From an uncultured Desulfobacteraceae bacterium (GTDB lineage Bacteria; Desulfobacterota; Desulfobacteria; Desulfobacterales; UBA2174): a DNA stretch of 64,000 nt. The stretch covers positions 320 through 64,319 of the forward strand of contig CALJLV010000189.1 in assembly GCA_937982505.1 (NCBI GenBank), given 5' to 3'. A program made the position numbers and the translations under genes. The notes under the pieces were generated by a model that saw only the letters and a program-made list of their open reading frames with translations, had not been told where the DNA came from and searched no databases. This document shows, in pieces, positions 1 through 8,518 of this stretch (its first letter is position 1; every line of letters begins with the position of its first letter).

Positions 1-39
1 GAAGAACTGAGAGAGATATTCGAGCATATTCTTCAGTGA
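1..39 (+). CDS. 3' end of an unidentified CDS entering from the left edge (..EELREIFEHILQ*)
   Basis: Frame 1 is open from base 1 to the TGA at 37-39. It shares the AT-richer composition of the next gene. It is too short to identify. Confidence 0.3.
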   Translation, partial: EELREIFEHILQ

Positions 40-40
40 G

Positions 41-715
41 GTGGATAAATTGAATAAGGATGAGATTCAAGAACTTCAAAGAAAGGCAAGAAAGGTGAGG
101 GCTCTGGTAATCGAAATGATCGGCCGCCTAGGCGTTGGCCATATAGGTGGAGCTTTGTCGATCGTCGATGCACTTACGGTCCTTTACTTCAGAGTGATGC
201 AAGTTAGGCCAGAAGAACCTTCGTGGCCGGAAAGAGATCACTTCGTTCTCTCGAAGGGCCATGGTGGACCGGGCCTGTATGCCGTACTGGCCGAGAGAGG
301 ATTCTTCTCTACTGACCTCCTCTGGACTCTGAATAAGCCCGAAACACTATTACCTTCCCACTGTGACAGACTGAGAACCCCGGGAATAGATATGACGGCC
401 GGCTCGCTTGGCCAGGGATTCTCTGCGGCAGTAGGTATTGCAATAGCCAAAAAGATCTCGAGGAACCCTTCAAGGGTCTTCACGATAATTGGCGATGGTG
501 AGAGCCAGGAAGGTCAGATCTGGGAAGCTGCGATGCTCGCTTCTCATAGAAAACTGGATAATCTAATTGCGATGCAGGATTACAACAGAATGCAGATCGA
601 CGGAAATATCTCTGACGTAAATGGACTTGAACCTCTAGAAGACAAGTGGCGGGCCTTCGGCTGGAATGCGACTTCGAGCCGCTCCTCTCGGCCCGCGCGG
701 GCCGAGATCCGGTAA
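41..715 (+). CDS. Transketolase, N-terminal (thiamine-diphosphate-binding) subunit of a split transketolase; 3'-truncated, with homology ending near nt 670
   Basis: GTG start preceded by GAGG. Motifs HIGGALS, SKGHGGPGLY, GSLGQGFSAAVG and IGDGESQEG are typical of the transketolase N-subunit. After ..KWRAFGWN the reading frame continues only as antisense of cbiA (SSRSSRPARAEIR*). Confidence 0.8.
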   Translation: MDKLNKDEIQELQRKARKVRALVIEMIGRLGVGHIGGALSIVDALTVLYFRVMQVRPEEPSWPERDHFVLSKGHGGPGLYAVLAERGFFSTDLLWTLNKPETLLPSHCDRLRTPGIDMTAGSLGQGFSAAVGIAIAKKISRNPSRVFTIIGDGESQEGQIWEAAMLASHRKLDNLIAMQDYNRMQIDGNISDVNGLEPLEDKWRAFGWNATSSRSSRPARAEIR

Positions 716-1962
716 ACGCGCGCAAGGTCGTCGCCGCCGCCGGCGCCGATCAGTTCGGAATAATGGAACTCGTGGCCCCGCAGTCGGCGCCCCGGCCCGC
801 CGAAGAGGGTCTCGCGGGTCAAAACGGCCTCGCGGTAGCCCAGAGAGCGCAGCCTCGGGGTCATGCGGGTGGCCAGGGGAAAGCAGCCCGTCATCTCGTG
901 TCGCCGCTGTTCGGCATCCTCCAGTTCCCGGCACAGGTACATGAAGCCGCCGCACTCGCCGTAGATCGGCATGCCGGCCCGACTGGCGGCCAGGACCTGG
1001 CGCCGCAGGGAGCGGTTGCGCTGCAGATCGGCGGCGTAAAGCTCGGGATACCCGCCGCCGAAATAGAGCCCGTCCAAATCCGCCGGCAGATGGGGGTCGC
1101 CAAGGGGCGAGAAAGGGACGATGCGGGCCCCGTTGGCCTCCAGCAGCTCGATGTTCTCCGGGTAATAGAAGCAAAAGGCGCGGTCCCGCGCCACGCCGAT
1201 ACGCACCGTGGCCTGAACCGCGGCGTGCGGCGCACCCACCTCCAGCCCGGCCAGCGGACTCAATCCGTCCAGCAGAGCGTCCAGGTCGCATCCGGCCGCC
1301 ACGGCACGGGCCAGACGCGAGAGCGCTTGTTCGTCCAGGGGGCGGTCCTCGTCGGTCACCAGCCCCAGATGGCGTTCGGGCATGGCGATGCCATCGTCGC
1401 GCCCCAGGGCGCCGAGGCAGGGCATGGCCACGCACCCCTCCAGGGCCTGGCGCAGATGGTCGAGGTGCCGCGCACCGCCCACGCGGTTGAAGAGCACTCC
1501 GGCAAACACCACCCCGGGATCGAAGCGTTCGAAGCCCTGGACCAGGGCCGCCGCGCTGCGGGCCATGCGGCGCGCATCGACCACCAGCAGCACCGGCAGC
1601 CCCAGCCATTTGGCCATCTGGGCGGTGGACCCGGCCTCGCTGCGGCCATCGAACCCGTCGAAGAGCCCCATGACGCCTTCGACCACGGCCACGTCGGCCG
1701 CGGCGGCCTGGCGGGCGAAAATCCGGTGATTGGTATCACGGTCGAGCATCCATCCGTCCAGGTTGCGGCTGGCATGACCGCAGGCCCGCCGGTGGTGTCC
1801 CGGATCGATGAAATCCGGTCCCACCTTGAAGGGCGCCACCTTCAATCCCCGAAGGCGCAGGGCCGCCATCAGCCCCAGGGCCACGGTGGTCTTGCCGCTG
1901 CCGCTGTGGGGGGCCGCCACCACCAAGGCGCGCGGGCCAAAGCCAGAAGGGTCGCTGGACAT
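580..1962 (-). CDS. cbiA: Cobyrinate a,c-diamide synthase (CbiA/CobB family); the C-terminal ~25-35 aa appear replaced by junk, with real homology about 668..1962
   Basis: N-terminal P-loop AAPHSGSGKTTVALG. Glutamine amidotransferase part with GECGGFMYL and HEFHYS. The tail ..EVAFQPKARHLSSRGSSPFTSEIFPSICILL is antisense of the AT-rich transketolase fragment. Confidence 0.85.
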   Translation of the reverse strand: MSSDPSGFGPRALVVAAPHSGSGKTTVALGLMAALRLRGLKVAPFKVGPDFIDPGHHRRACGHASRNLDGWMLDRDTNHRIFARQAAAADVAVVEGVMGLFDGFDGRSEAGSTAQMAKWLGLPVLLVVDARRMARSAAALVQGFERFDPGVVFAGVLFNRVGGARHLDHLRQALEGCVAMPCLGALGRDDGIAMPERHLGLVTDEDRPLDEQALSRLARAVAAGCDLDALLDGLSPLAGLEVGAPHAAVQATVRIGVARDRAFCFYYPENIELLEANGARIVPFSPLGDPHLPADLDGLYFGGGYPELYAADLQRNRSLRRQVLAASRAGMPIYGECGGFMYLCRELEDAEQRRHEMTGCFPLATRMTPRLRSLGYREAVLTRETLFGGPGRRLRGHEFHYSELIGAGGGDDLARVYRISARAGREERLEVAFQPKARHLSSRGSSPFTSEIFPSICILL

Positions 1963-2094
1963 GCCGGTCGTCTCCGTTATCGCTCAGAAAGGCACCATAA
2001 CGGCGGTTAGCCTATGCGCCGGGGCCGGGGATGTCAACGGCCGGCTTGACAACGCCGGCCCGGATCGGCTATCGCTACGGTCCACAACAGGCCA

Positions 2095-2300
2095 AGCCTG
2101 TCGGTGTCGGAAGGCGGGCTCGAACCCGAGCCGGTCGCCGACAAAGAGGGAAACCGGTTCAAATCCGGTGCGGTCCCGCCGCTGTGCGTGGGGACGCCGG
2201 TCGCAACAGGCCACTGTGCCGCAGGAAGTTTTCGAAGCGGCATGGGAAGGCGCGGTCCGAGCGGATGATCCACAAGCCAGAAGACCTGCCGACAGACTTT
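2095..2300 (+). promoter_or_regulatory. Cobalamin (B12) riboswitch
   Basis: Core AGAGGGAAACCGGTTCAAATCCGGTGCGGTCCCGCCGCTGTG, B12 box CAGGCCACTGTGCC, and downstream GGGAAGGC. Closing helix CTGTCGG (2098-2104) pairs with CCGACAG (2289-2295). A possible TTGACA -35 lies at 2046-2051. Confidence 0.85.
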
Positions 2301-2323
2301 TCTCCCCCCGTGGCGATGGTAAA

Positions 2324-2362
2324 GCCCCGGGCCGATGCGACATCGGCGCCGGGGCTTTTTTT
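2324..2362 (+). terminator. Intrinsic terminator, the expression platform of the B12 riboswitch
   Basis: GCCCCGG-GCCGATG-CGA-CATCGGC-G-CCGGGGC forms a 14-bp interrupted stem. It is followed by T7 (2356-2362), between the riboswitch core and the first CDS. Confidence 0.85.
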
Positions 2363-2384
2363 CTGTCCACCGGGAGGTTCCCCC

Positions 2385-3428
2385 GTGCCCTGCGCCATGT
2401 CCGCCATCCTGCCCTCTGCCATGCGTGCCGTGGTGCTCCAGGAACCCGGCCGCCTCAGGGCGGCCGTTCTGCCCTGCCCTTCCTGTCCTGCGGGGGGGGT
2501 GGTCGTGCGGGTGCAGGCCTGCGGGGTATGCCGCAGCGATCTCAAAATGGCCGCCGAAGGGCATCGGGCCCTGGTCTATCCGCGCGTTCCAGGGCATGAG
2601 GCCGCCGGCACGGTGGCCGCCAGCCGCAGTCCGGCCTTCAAGATCGGAGACCGGGTCACCGTGGCCCCCGGGCTGCGCTGCGGCCGCTGTCCTCACTGCC
2701 GTCGCGGGGCCGATCAGCGCTGCGAGAGCCGCGACATCATCGGCTTCAGCCTGGACGGGGGGTTCGCCGAGTATCTGGCCGTGCCGCTGCAAGGCGAACC
2801 ACGCGGCGCCCTGGTCCCTCTTCCCGAATGCCTGGAATTTGCCGGGGCCGCCCTGGCCGAGCCCTTGGCCTGCTGCCTCAACGCCCAATCGCGGGTCTCG
2901 CTGGGAGCCGGGGATCGGGTGCTGGTGGTGGGGGCCGGGATCCTGGGGCTGCTGCACCTGGTCCTGGCCCGCCGGAGCGGGGCGGCTTCGATCTGGGTGG
3001 TCGAACCGCGGGCCGGCCGGCGCGACCTGGCCCTGGCCCTGGGCGCCGATCTGGCCTTCGACCCGTCCGCCCTCAGGGATCTGCCCCGTTCCAGCCGGGA
3101 TGTGCTGATCATGGCCGCTGGCCCGGTGGCTCTCGCCGGGCCCCTGGCGGCCGGCCTGGCCCGCGGCGGCCGGATCTGCCTTTTCTCCGGGCCGGGGCCG
3201 GGTTCTGCCGGACTGCCGGACGCGGCGGCCATCCATTACCAGGAGCTTCTCGTCAGCGGCAGCTACGGCTGCGCCCAAGGGCACATTCGCCGGGCGGTGG
3301 GCCTCCTGGCCGAGGGCCGGGTGCCCATCGACCGGCTCGTTACCGGCCGCATCCGACTGGCCGACCTGCCCGCCTATCTCACCGCCGGCCCCGGCCCGGC
3401 GGATCTGAAAACCGTGGTGGAGATCTGA
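2385..3428 (+). CDS. Zinc-dependent alcohol dehydrogenase (MDR family, threonine/sorbitol dehydrogenase-like)
   Basis: CGVCRSD and GHEAAG catalytic-zinc motifs. CGRCPHCRRGADQRC structural-zinc loop. VVGAGILG Rossmann motif. GGGAGG RBS at 2372-2377. Start is GTG 2385 or ATG 2397; the long upstream part of ORF 2031.. covers the riboswitch and is not coding. Confidence 0.8.
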   Translation: MPCAMSAILPSAMRAVVLQEPGRLRAAVLPCPSCPAGGVVVRVQACGVCRSDLKMAAEGHRALVYPRVPGHEAAGTVAASRSPAFKIGDRVTVAPGLRCGRCPHCRRGADQRCESRDIIGFSLDGGFAEYLAVPLQGEPRGALVPLPECLEFAGAALAEPLACCLNAQSRVSLGAGDRVLVVGAGILGLLHLVLARRSGAASIWVVEPRAGRRDLALALGADLAFDPSALRDLPRSSRDVLIMAAGPVALAGPLAAGLARGGRICLFSGPGPGSAGLPDAAAIHYQELLVSGSYGCAQGHIRRAVGLLAEGRVPIDRLVTGRIRLADLPAYLTAGPGPADLKTVVEI

Positions 3429-3430
3429 CG

Positions 3431-4576
3431 ATGGTCCACGATCCCTTGAAACCCTTCGGCGCCCTCATCGGCCGGCTCCTGGCGGGAAGCGATCTGTCCC
3501 GTGAAGAAGCCGCCGCGGCCTTTGCCGAAATCCTCGGAGACCGTCAATCCGAGATCCATCAGGGAGCCTTCCTGGCCGCCCTCACGGCCAAGGGGCCGAC
3601 GCCCGATGAGATCGCCGGGGCCTGGGCCGCCATCCTCGACCGAGACACCGTGACCGTCGCCGTCGCCGCAGATCCGCCCCTGGTCGACAACTGCGGCACC
3701 GGCATGGACGGGGCGGGCACCTTCAACATCTCCACCGCGGCGGCCATCGTGGCGGCCGCCGGCGGCTGCCGCCTGGCGCGCCACGGTGCCCGGGCCGTCT
3801 CCTCGGCCTGCGGCACGGTGGACGTCTGCCAGGCCCTGGGAGTGGACGTCGATTGTCCGGTCCAGACGGTCTGCGACAGCATCGAAAAGGCGGGGATCGG
3901 CCTTTTCAACGCCATGAGCCCCCGGGTTCACCCCGGCGCCCTGGGCCGCATCCTGTCGCGCCTGCGTTTCGGCAGCATCCTGAACATCGCCGCTTCGCTG
4001 GCCAACCCGGCCCGCCCGACCCTGGCAGTCCGGGGCGTCTACCGCCCGGAGCTGGTCCTTCCCATCGCCCGGGCCATGCGGTCCATCGGCTACCGGCGGG
4101 CCCTGGTCTTTCACGGCCGCCTGCCGGACGGTCGCGGCATGGACGAACTGGCACCGGCGGGGGACAACACGACGGCTGAACTGCACGCGGACGGACGCAT
4201 CACGACCAGGCGGGTCGATCCGGCCCGCCTGGGCTTGAGCGGCGGCGACCCGCAATTGCTGTCCGGGAGCGGCGTGGCCGCCGCCGAGGCCCGGTCGCTG
4301 GTCCGTCTGATCGGCGGAAGGGAAAACGGCATCCGCCGGGAAGCGGTCTGCCTCAATGCGGCGGCCATCTTGTACATCTCCGATCGGGTGGCCGACCTGG
4401 CCGAGGGCGTGGCCCTTGCTTCCCGGCTGATCGAGGACGGCCGCGTCCTGGCGGCCCTGGAGCGTTGGGTCGCCGCCCAGCAGACCGAGGCCGGCGCCGG
4501 CAAAGAACGATTTCAATCCCTTGTCTGTGCGGCGATGTCGCATCCCAACGGTTCTCTTCAAGGAGGAAACGGATGA
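3431..4576 (+). CDS. TrpD-like glycosyl/phosphoribosyl transferase (family 3; anthranilate phosphoribosyltransferase paralogue)
   Basis: The N-terminal helical domain is followed by DNCGTGMDGAGTFNISTAAA and the typical ..GxxNxxxPLxNPA-like segment (ILNIAASLANPARP). ATG at 3431 lies 2 nt after the ADH stop. Its stop overlaps the cobT start (ATGA). Confidence 0.75.
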   Translation: MVHDPLKPFGALIGRLLAGSDLSREEAAAAFAEILGDRQSEIHQGAFLAALTAKGPTPDEIAGAWAAILDRDTVTVAVAADPPLVDNCGTGMDGAGTFNISTAAAIVAAAGGCRLARHGARAVSSACGTVDVCQALGVDVDCPVQTVCDSIEKAGIGLFNAMSPRVHPGALGRILSRLRFGSILNIAASLANPARPTLAVRGVYRPELVLPIARAMRSIGYRRALVFHGRLPDGRGMDELAPAGDNTTAELHADGRITTRRVDPARLGLSGGDPQLLSGSGVAAAEARSLVRLIGGRENGIRREAVCLNAAAILYISDRVADLAEGVALASRLIEDGRVLAALERWVAAQQTEAGAGKERFQSLVCAAMSHPNGSLQGGNG

Positions 4577-5643
4577 CCGATTTGCATGCCCTGATCAGGA
4601 AAATCGAACCGGCCTCGGCCGAATGGCAGGCCAAGGCCGAGGCGCGCACCGCCAGTCTGGTGATGCCGCCCCGGGCCCTGGGACGGCTGCACCCTATCGC
4701 CGAACGGCTCTGCGCCATCCGCGGCAGCCTGAATCCTTCCATCCGCCGACGGGCCTTCATGGTCATGGCCGCCGATCACGGGGTGGTGGCCGAAGGGGTC
4801 AGCGCCTTTCCCCAGGCCGTCACCGGCGAGATGATCCGCTGCTTTCTGCGCGGCGGGGCCGGGATCAACGTGCTGGCGCGCCAGGCCGGCGCCGAGGTCT
4901 TCGTGGTGGACGCCGGGGTGGCGGCCGATATCGATCCCTCCGGGCTTCCCGGGGCCGACCGTCTGCGGGTGCACAAGGTCGCCCGGGGCACGGCCAACTT
5001 CGCCCAGGGACCGGCCATGGACCGCGATCAGGCCCGGCGTTCGATTCTGACCGGCTTCGAGGAGGCGAACCTCCTGCTGGACGCGGGCTACGAGATCCTG
5101 GGCACCGGCGACATGGGGATCGGCAACACCACCGCCTCGACGGCCATCGGCGTCGTTCTCACCGGAACCTCGATCGACCAGATGGTCGGCCGGGGCACCG
5201 GGATCGACGATGCCGGACTGGCGCGCAAACGGGCCGCCATCGATCGGGCAATCGCCCTCAACCGTCCCGACCCGGCCGACGGCCTGGACGTGCTGGCCAA
5301 GGTCGGCGGCTTCGAGATCGGCGCCATCGCCGGCCTGATCCTGGCCGGGGCGGCCCGCCGGCGACCGGTGGTCATCGACGGGCTCATCTCCACCGCCGGC
5401 GCCCTGGTGGCCCATGCCCTGTGCCCGGCCAGCGTCGATTATCTCTTCGCGGCCCACTGCGGCGCGGAACCGGGCCACCGGCGGATGCTGGACCGCCTGG
5501 GCCTGAACCCGATCCTCGATCTGGGCTTGCGCCTGGGCGAAGGCACCGGCGGGGCCCTGGCCCTGCATATCATGGACGGGGCCCTGCGCATCTTCGGCGA
5601 GATGCTCACCTTCGCCGAGGCAGGGGTTTCAGAGGCGCACTGA
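4573..5643 (+). CDS. cobT: Nicotinate-nucleotide--dimethylbenzimidazole phosphoribosyltransferase
   Basis: AGGAGGA RBS. Motifs GDMGIGNTT, GTGIDD, KVGGFEI and LGEGTGGALA are typical of CobT. ATGA overlap with the upstream gene. Confidence 0.9.
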   Translation: MTDLHALIRKIEPASAEWQAKAEARTASLVMPPRALGRLHPIAERLCAIRGSLNPSIRRRAFMVMAADHGVVAEGVSAFPQAVTGEMIRCFLRGGAGINVLARQAGAEVFVVDAGVAADIDPSGLPGADRLRVHKVARGTANFAQGPAMDRDQARRSILTGFEEANLLLDAGYEILGTGDMGIGNTTASTAIGVVLTGTSIDQMVGRGTGIDDAGLARKRAAIDRAIALNRPDPADGLDVLAKVGGFEIGAIAGLILAGAARRRPVVIDGLISTAGALVAHALCPASVDYLFAAHCGAEPGHRRMLDRLGLNPILDLGLRLGEGTGGALALHIMDGALRIFGEMLTFAEAGVSEAH

Positions 5644-5689
5644 TGATGGGGGCGGCGCTGGATTCCCGAACCGCACCCCGGTTGAGCCA

Positions 5690-6400
5690 TCAGTGGGAGA
5701 GGGTCAGGGCTTCGACGACCCCGTGGCACTTGCAGGCGGTGGCCAACAGCACCGGTCCCGGGGCGGTTTGGATCCGGGCCAGCGCCGCCTGCAGGCCGGA
5801 GGGCCGAAATCCGCCTACCCCTGGGGCCAATTGGCGGCTGCGCACCACGACCGGCGTAAATCCGGGAATCTCCAGCCGGGCCAGGTGGCGCCACATCACC
5901 CGGGGCCGCGGCTGGCCGGTTACGCTGCAGATACGCTCCGGTTCCGGGCAGTCATCCGGGCAGAGAAAGTCGGCGTTGCTCACATAGAGCTGACCCTCTT
6001 GGCCGCGCAGGGGATTGGGAACCTGGCAGAGCAGGGCCTCGGGAACCGGCAGGCGCCGGACCGGACCGCGCCGGGCCAGTTGGCGCCGCACCCATTCACC
6101 GGCCACATGCACCGGCACCGCTGGCACGATCCAGTCGGCGGCTTCGGCCAGCTGCGGGATCCCGTCAAGATAGGCGAGGGCTTCGGCGGCGATGAAGCCG
6201 CCCCGGGGCCCTTCGAGGACCAAACCCGGTGGCCGGTCACGGTCCACCACAACGATCTCCGCCTCCGGCCGGCGCCGCCGAAGCCGTTCCCAGGCCAGCC
6301 GCCCGAAGCGTCCCGCACCGAGAATCAGGAATCGGCCCGAGCGGCCGGAATCCCCTGCGGCGGCCCCTTGCCGGGGCCGATGTTGCGTTCGGGGTTTCAT
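5690..6400 (-). CDS. Rossmann-fold NAD(P)-binding protein with a C-terminal Cys motif; function unknown
   Basis: ILGAGRFG dinucleotide-binding motif followed by an acidic residue (VVVDRD). Cys-containing segment FLCPDDCPEPERICSVTG..ATACKCHG. Convergent with cobT. Confidence 0.6.
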   Translation of the reverse strand: MKPRTQHRPRQGAAAGDSGRSGRFLILGAGRFGRLAWERLRRRRPEAEIVVVDRDRPPGLVLEGPRGGFIAAEALAYLDGIPQLAEAADWIVPAVPVHVAGEWVRRQLARRGPVRRLPVPEALLCQVPNPLRGQEGQLYVSNADFLCPDDCPEPERICSVTGQPRPRVMWRHLARLEIPGFTPVVVRSRQLAPGVGGFRPSGLQAALARIQTAPGPVLLATACKCHGVVEALTLSH

Positions 6401-6466
6401 GGCCGCTCAGTGTCGAAGCATCCGATCCGCTTGTCAAGCCCTCTGGCCGCATGCTAAGGAAGCCGC

Positions 6467-7066
6467 ATGCCGCCGGCCCCCAACCATGCTCAACTCATTT
6501 TGGCCTCCGCTTCGCCGCGGCGCCGCTACCTGCTGCAAAAGGCCGGGCTGCGCGTCACGGTGATCCCCAGCACGGTGGATGAGCGCCAGGGGCCGGCCGC
6601 GCCGCCCTCAGCGCACGTCCGCCACCTTGCCGAGGCCAAAGCCCTGGAGGTCGCCCAGCGCCATCCGCAGGCCTGGGTGATCGGCGCCGACACGGTGGTG
6701 GTCATTGAAGGGCGCATCCTGGGCAAACCGGCCGGCGTGGACCAGGCCCGCCGCATGCTCGAGCGGCTCAGCGGGCAGAAACACCTGGTTCATACCGGCT
6801 ATGCCATCCGCTGTCTGGCGCGCGGCCGGCACATCAGCGCCACGGTGACCACCGAAGTCGAATTCAAGCGCCTCTTGCCGGCGGAAATCGAGTGGTACCT
6901 GCAAACCGGCGAGCCCTTCGACAAGGCCGGCGCCTACGCGATTCAGGGCATCGGCACCTTCCTGGTGCGGCGCATCGACGGTTCCTATACCAACGTGGTG
7001 GGTCTGCCGGTCTGCGAGGTCATCGAAGTCTTGATCCGTGAGGGCGTCGTCAGTTATTCGGTCTGA
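6467..7066 (+). CDS. maf: Maf-like nucleoside triphosphate pyrophosphatase
   Basis: LILASASPRRRYLL, IGADTVV, GKP and KAGAYAIQG motifs. Confidence 0.9.
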   Translation: MPPAPNHAQLILASASPRRRYLLQKAGLRVTVIPSTVDERQGPAAPPSAHVRHLAEAKALEVAQRHPQAWVIGADTVVVIEGRILGKPAGVDQARRMLERLSGQKHLVHTGYAIRCLARGRHISATVTTEVEFKRLLPAEIEWYLQTGEPFDKAGAYAIQGIGTFLVRRIDGSYTNVVGLPVCEVIEVLIREGVVSYSV

Positions 7067-7118
7067 TCCGTCAGACCTCCTGGTGCCAACCCCATCGCAA
7101 CCGCCGAGAGCCGAATCG

Positions 7119-7808
7119 ATGTCCATCGCCCAAAACCTCAAAACGATTCGCACACGGATCCGCCAGGCCGCCGAAAACGCCGGCCGCGACCCGGCCGAGA
7201 TCGAACTCGTGGCGGTCACCAAAACCCACCCGGCGTCCCTGGTCCGCCAGGCCTGGGAGTCCGGCGTCGCCGTGGCGGGGGAAAATTACATCCAGGAAGC
7301 CCGGGAAAAGATCGCGGCCCTGGCCGATTGCGGTCTGCGCTGGCATTTTATCGGACATCTCCAATCCAACAAGGCCCGGCAGGCCGTGGCGCACTTCGAG
7401 CTGATCCACAGCGTCGATTCACTCAAACTGGGCCATGAAATCGACAAGCAGGCCGGCCGGATCGGCAAGCCGCAGCCAATCCTGGTCCAGGTCAATATCA
7501 GCCGGGAAGCGACCAAGTCCGGCGCGACGCGCGAAGCAGCCCGGGAGCTGGTCGAGGCCCTGGGCCGGCTGCCGCACCTCCAGGTCCGCGGGCTGATGAC
7601 CATGCCCCCCTTTTTCGACCAACCCGAGCGCGCCCGGCCCTATTTTGCGGCCCTGCGCGAACTGCGTGACCGGATCCGCGAGGCCGCCCCGCCCGGTGTG
7701 GTCATGGCGCATCTGTCCATGGGGATGACGGGCGACTTCGAAGCGGCCATCGCCGAAGGGGCCACCCTGGTGCGCATCGGTACGGCGATCTTCGGCCAAA
7801 GACGATGA
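7119..7808 (+). CDS. yggS: YggS-family pyridoxal-phosphate homeostasis protein
   Basis: VAVTKTHP, HFIGHLQSNK, SMGMTGDFEAAI and VRIGTAIFG motifs. The ATG at 7119 was chosen over the ORF start at 7038, which overlaps maf. Confidence 0.9.
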   Translation: MSIAQNLKTIRTRIRQAAENAGRDPAEIELVAVTKTHPASLVRQAWESGVAVAGENYIQEAREKIAALADCGLRWHFIGHLQSNKARQAVAHFELIHSVDSLKLGHEIDKQAGRIGKPQPILVQVNISREATKSGATREAARELVEALGRLPHLQVRGLMTMPPFFDQPERARPYFAALRELRDRIREAAPPGVVMAHLSMGMTGDFEAAIAEGATLVRIGTAIFGQRR

Positions 7809-7879
7809 GGGATCGGGCGCCGCAGACGGGCGCCCGCCGCAACCGGGTCCCGCACGCTTCTGGACACGGAGAGCTGACG

Positions 7880-8500
7880 ATGGAATCGATCAAGACCGAA
7901 AAAGTGTTGCTGCACATCTGCTGCGGCCCCTGCGCCATCACCCCGGTGCAGGCCCTGCGCGCCGAAGGGGCCCTGGTGGTGGGGTTCTTCTACCGCCACA
8001 ACATCCATCCCTTCACCGAGATGCAGCGCCGCGCCCAGACACTGGCCGACTACGCCGAGCGCATCGGCATGAAGGTGATCTTCCAGGAGGGCTACGACCT
8101 GGAAGGATTCATCCGCCGGGTGGTCTACCGCGAGACGCGCCGCTGCATGGTCTGCTACCACGAGCGGCTGCGGGCCACGGCCAGGCTGGCCCGCGCCAGC
8201 CGTTTCGATGCTTTTACCACCACGCTTCTCTACAGCAAGTTTCAGCGACACGAACTGATCCGTGAAATCGGCGAATCGGTGGGCCGCGAGATCGGGATCC
8301 CCTTTGCCTACCGCGACTTTCGCAGCGGCTGGCAGGAGGGGGTCGAGACCTCCAGGCGCCTGGGCATGTATCGCCAGCCGTACTGCGGCTGCATTTACAG
8401 CGAAAAGGAGCGCTACGCCCATGAAGGCGCGGCCGGCCGGCGCCCGGCGGCCGAGGACCGGTCCCATGTCGGCGCCGGCGACCGGGCTTTCGCGGACTGA
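7880..8500 (+). CDS. queH: Epoxyqueuosine reductase QueH (DUF208)
   Basis: LLHICCGPCA and YCGCIYSEKER motifs are characteristic of QueH. ATG at 7880 (MESIKTEK). Confidence 0.85.
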   Translation: MESIKTEKVLLHICCGPCAITPVQALRAEGALVVGFFYRHNIHPFTEMQRRAQTLADYAERIGMKVIFQEGYDLEGFIRRVVYRETRRCMVCYHERLRATARLARASRFDAFTTTLLYSKFQRHELIREIGESVGREIGIPFAYRDFRSGWQEGVETSRRLGMYRQPYCGCIYSEKERYAHEGAAGRRPAAEDRSHVGAGDRAFAD

Positions 8501-8518
8501 CCTTTCGACTTCGCGCTC

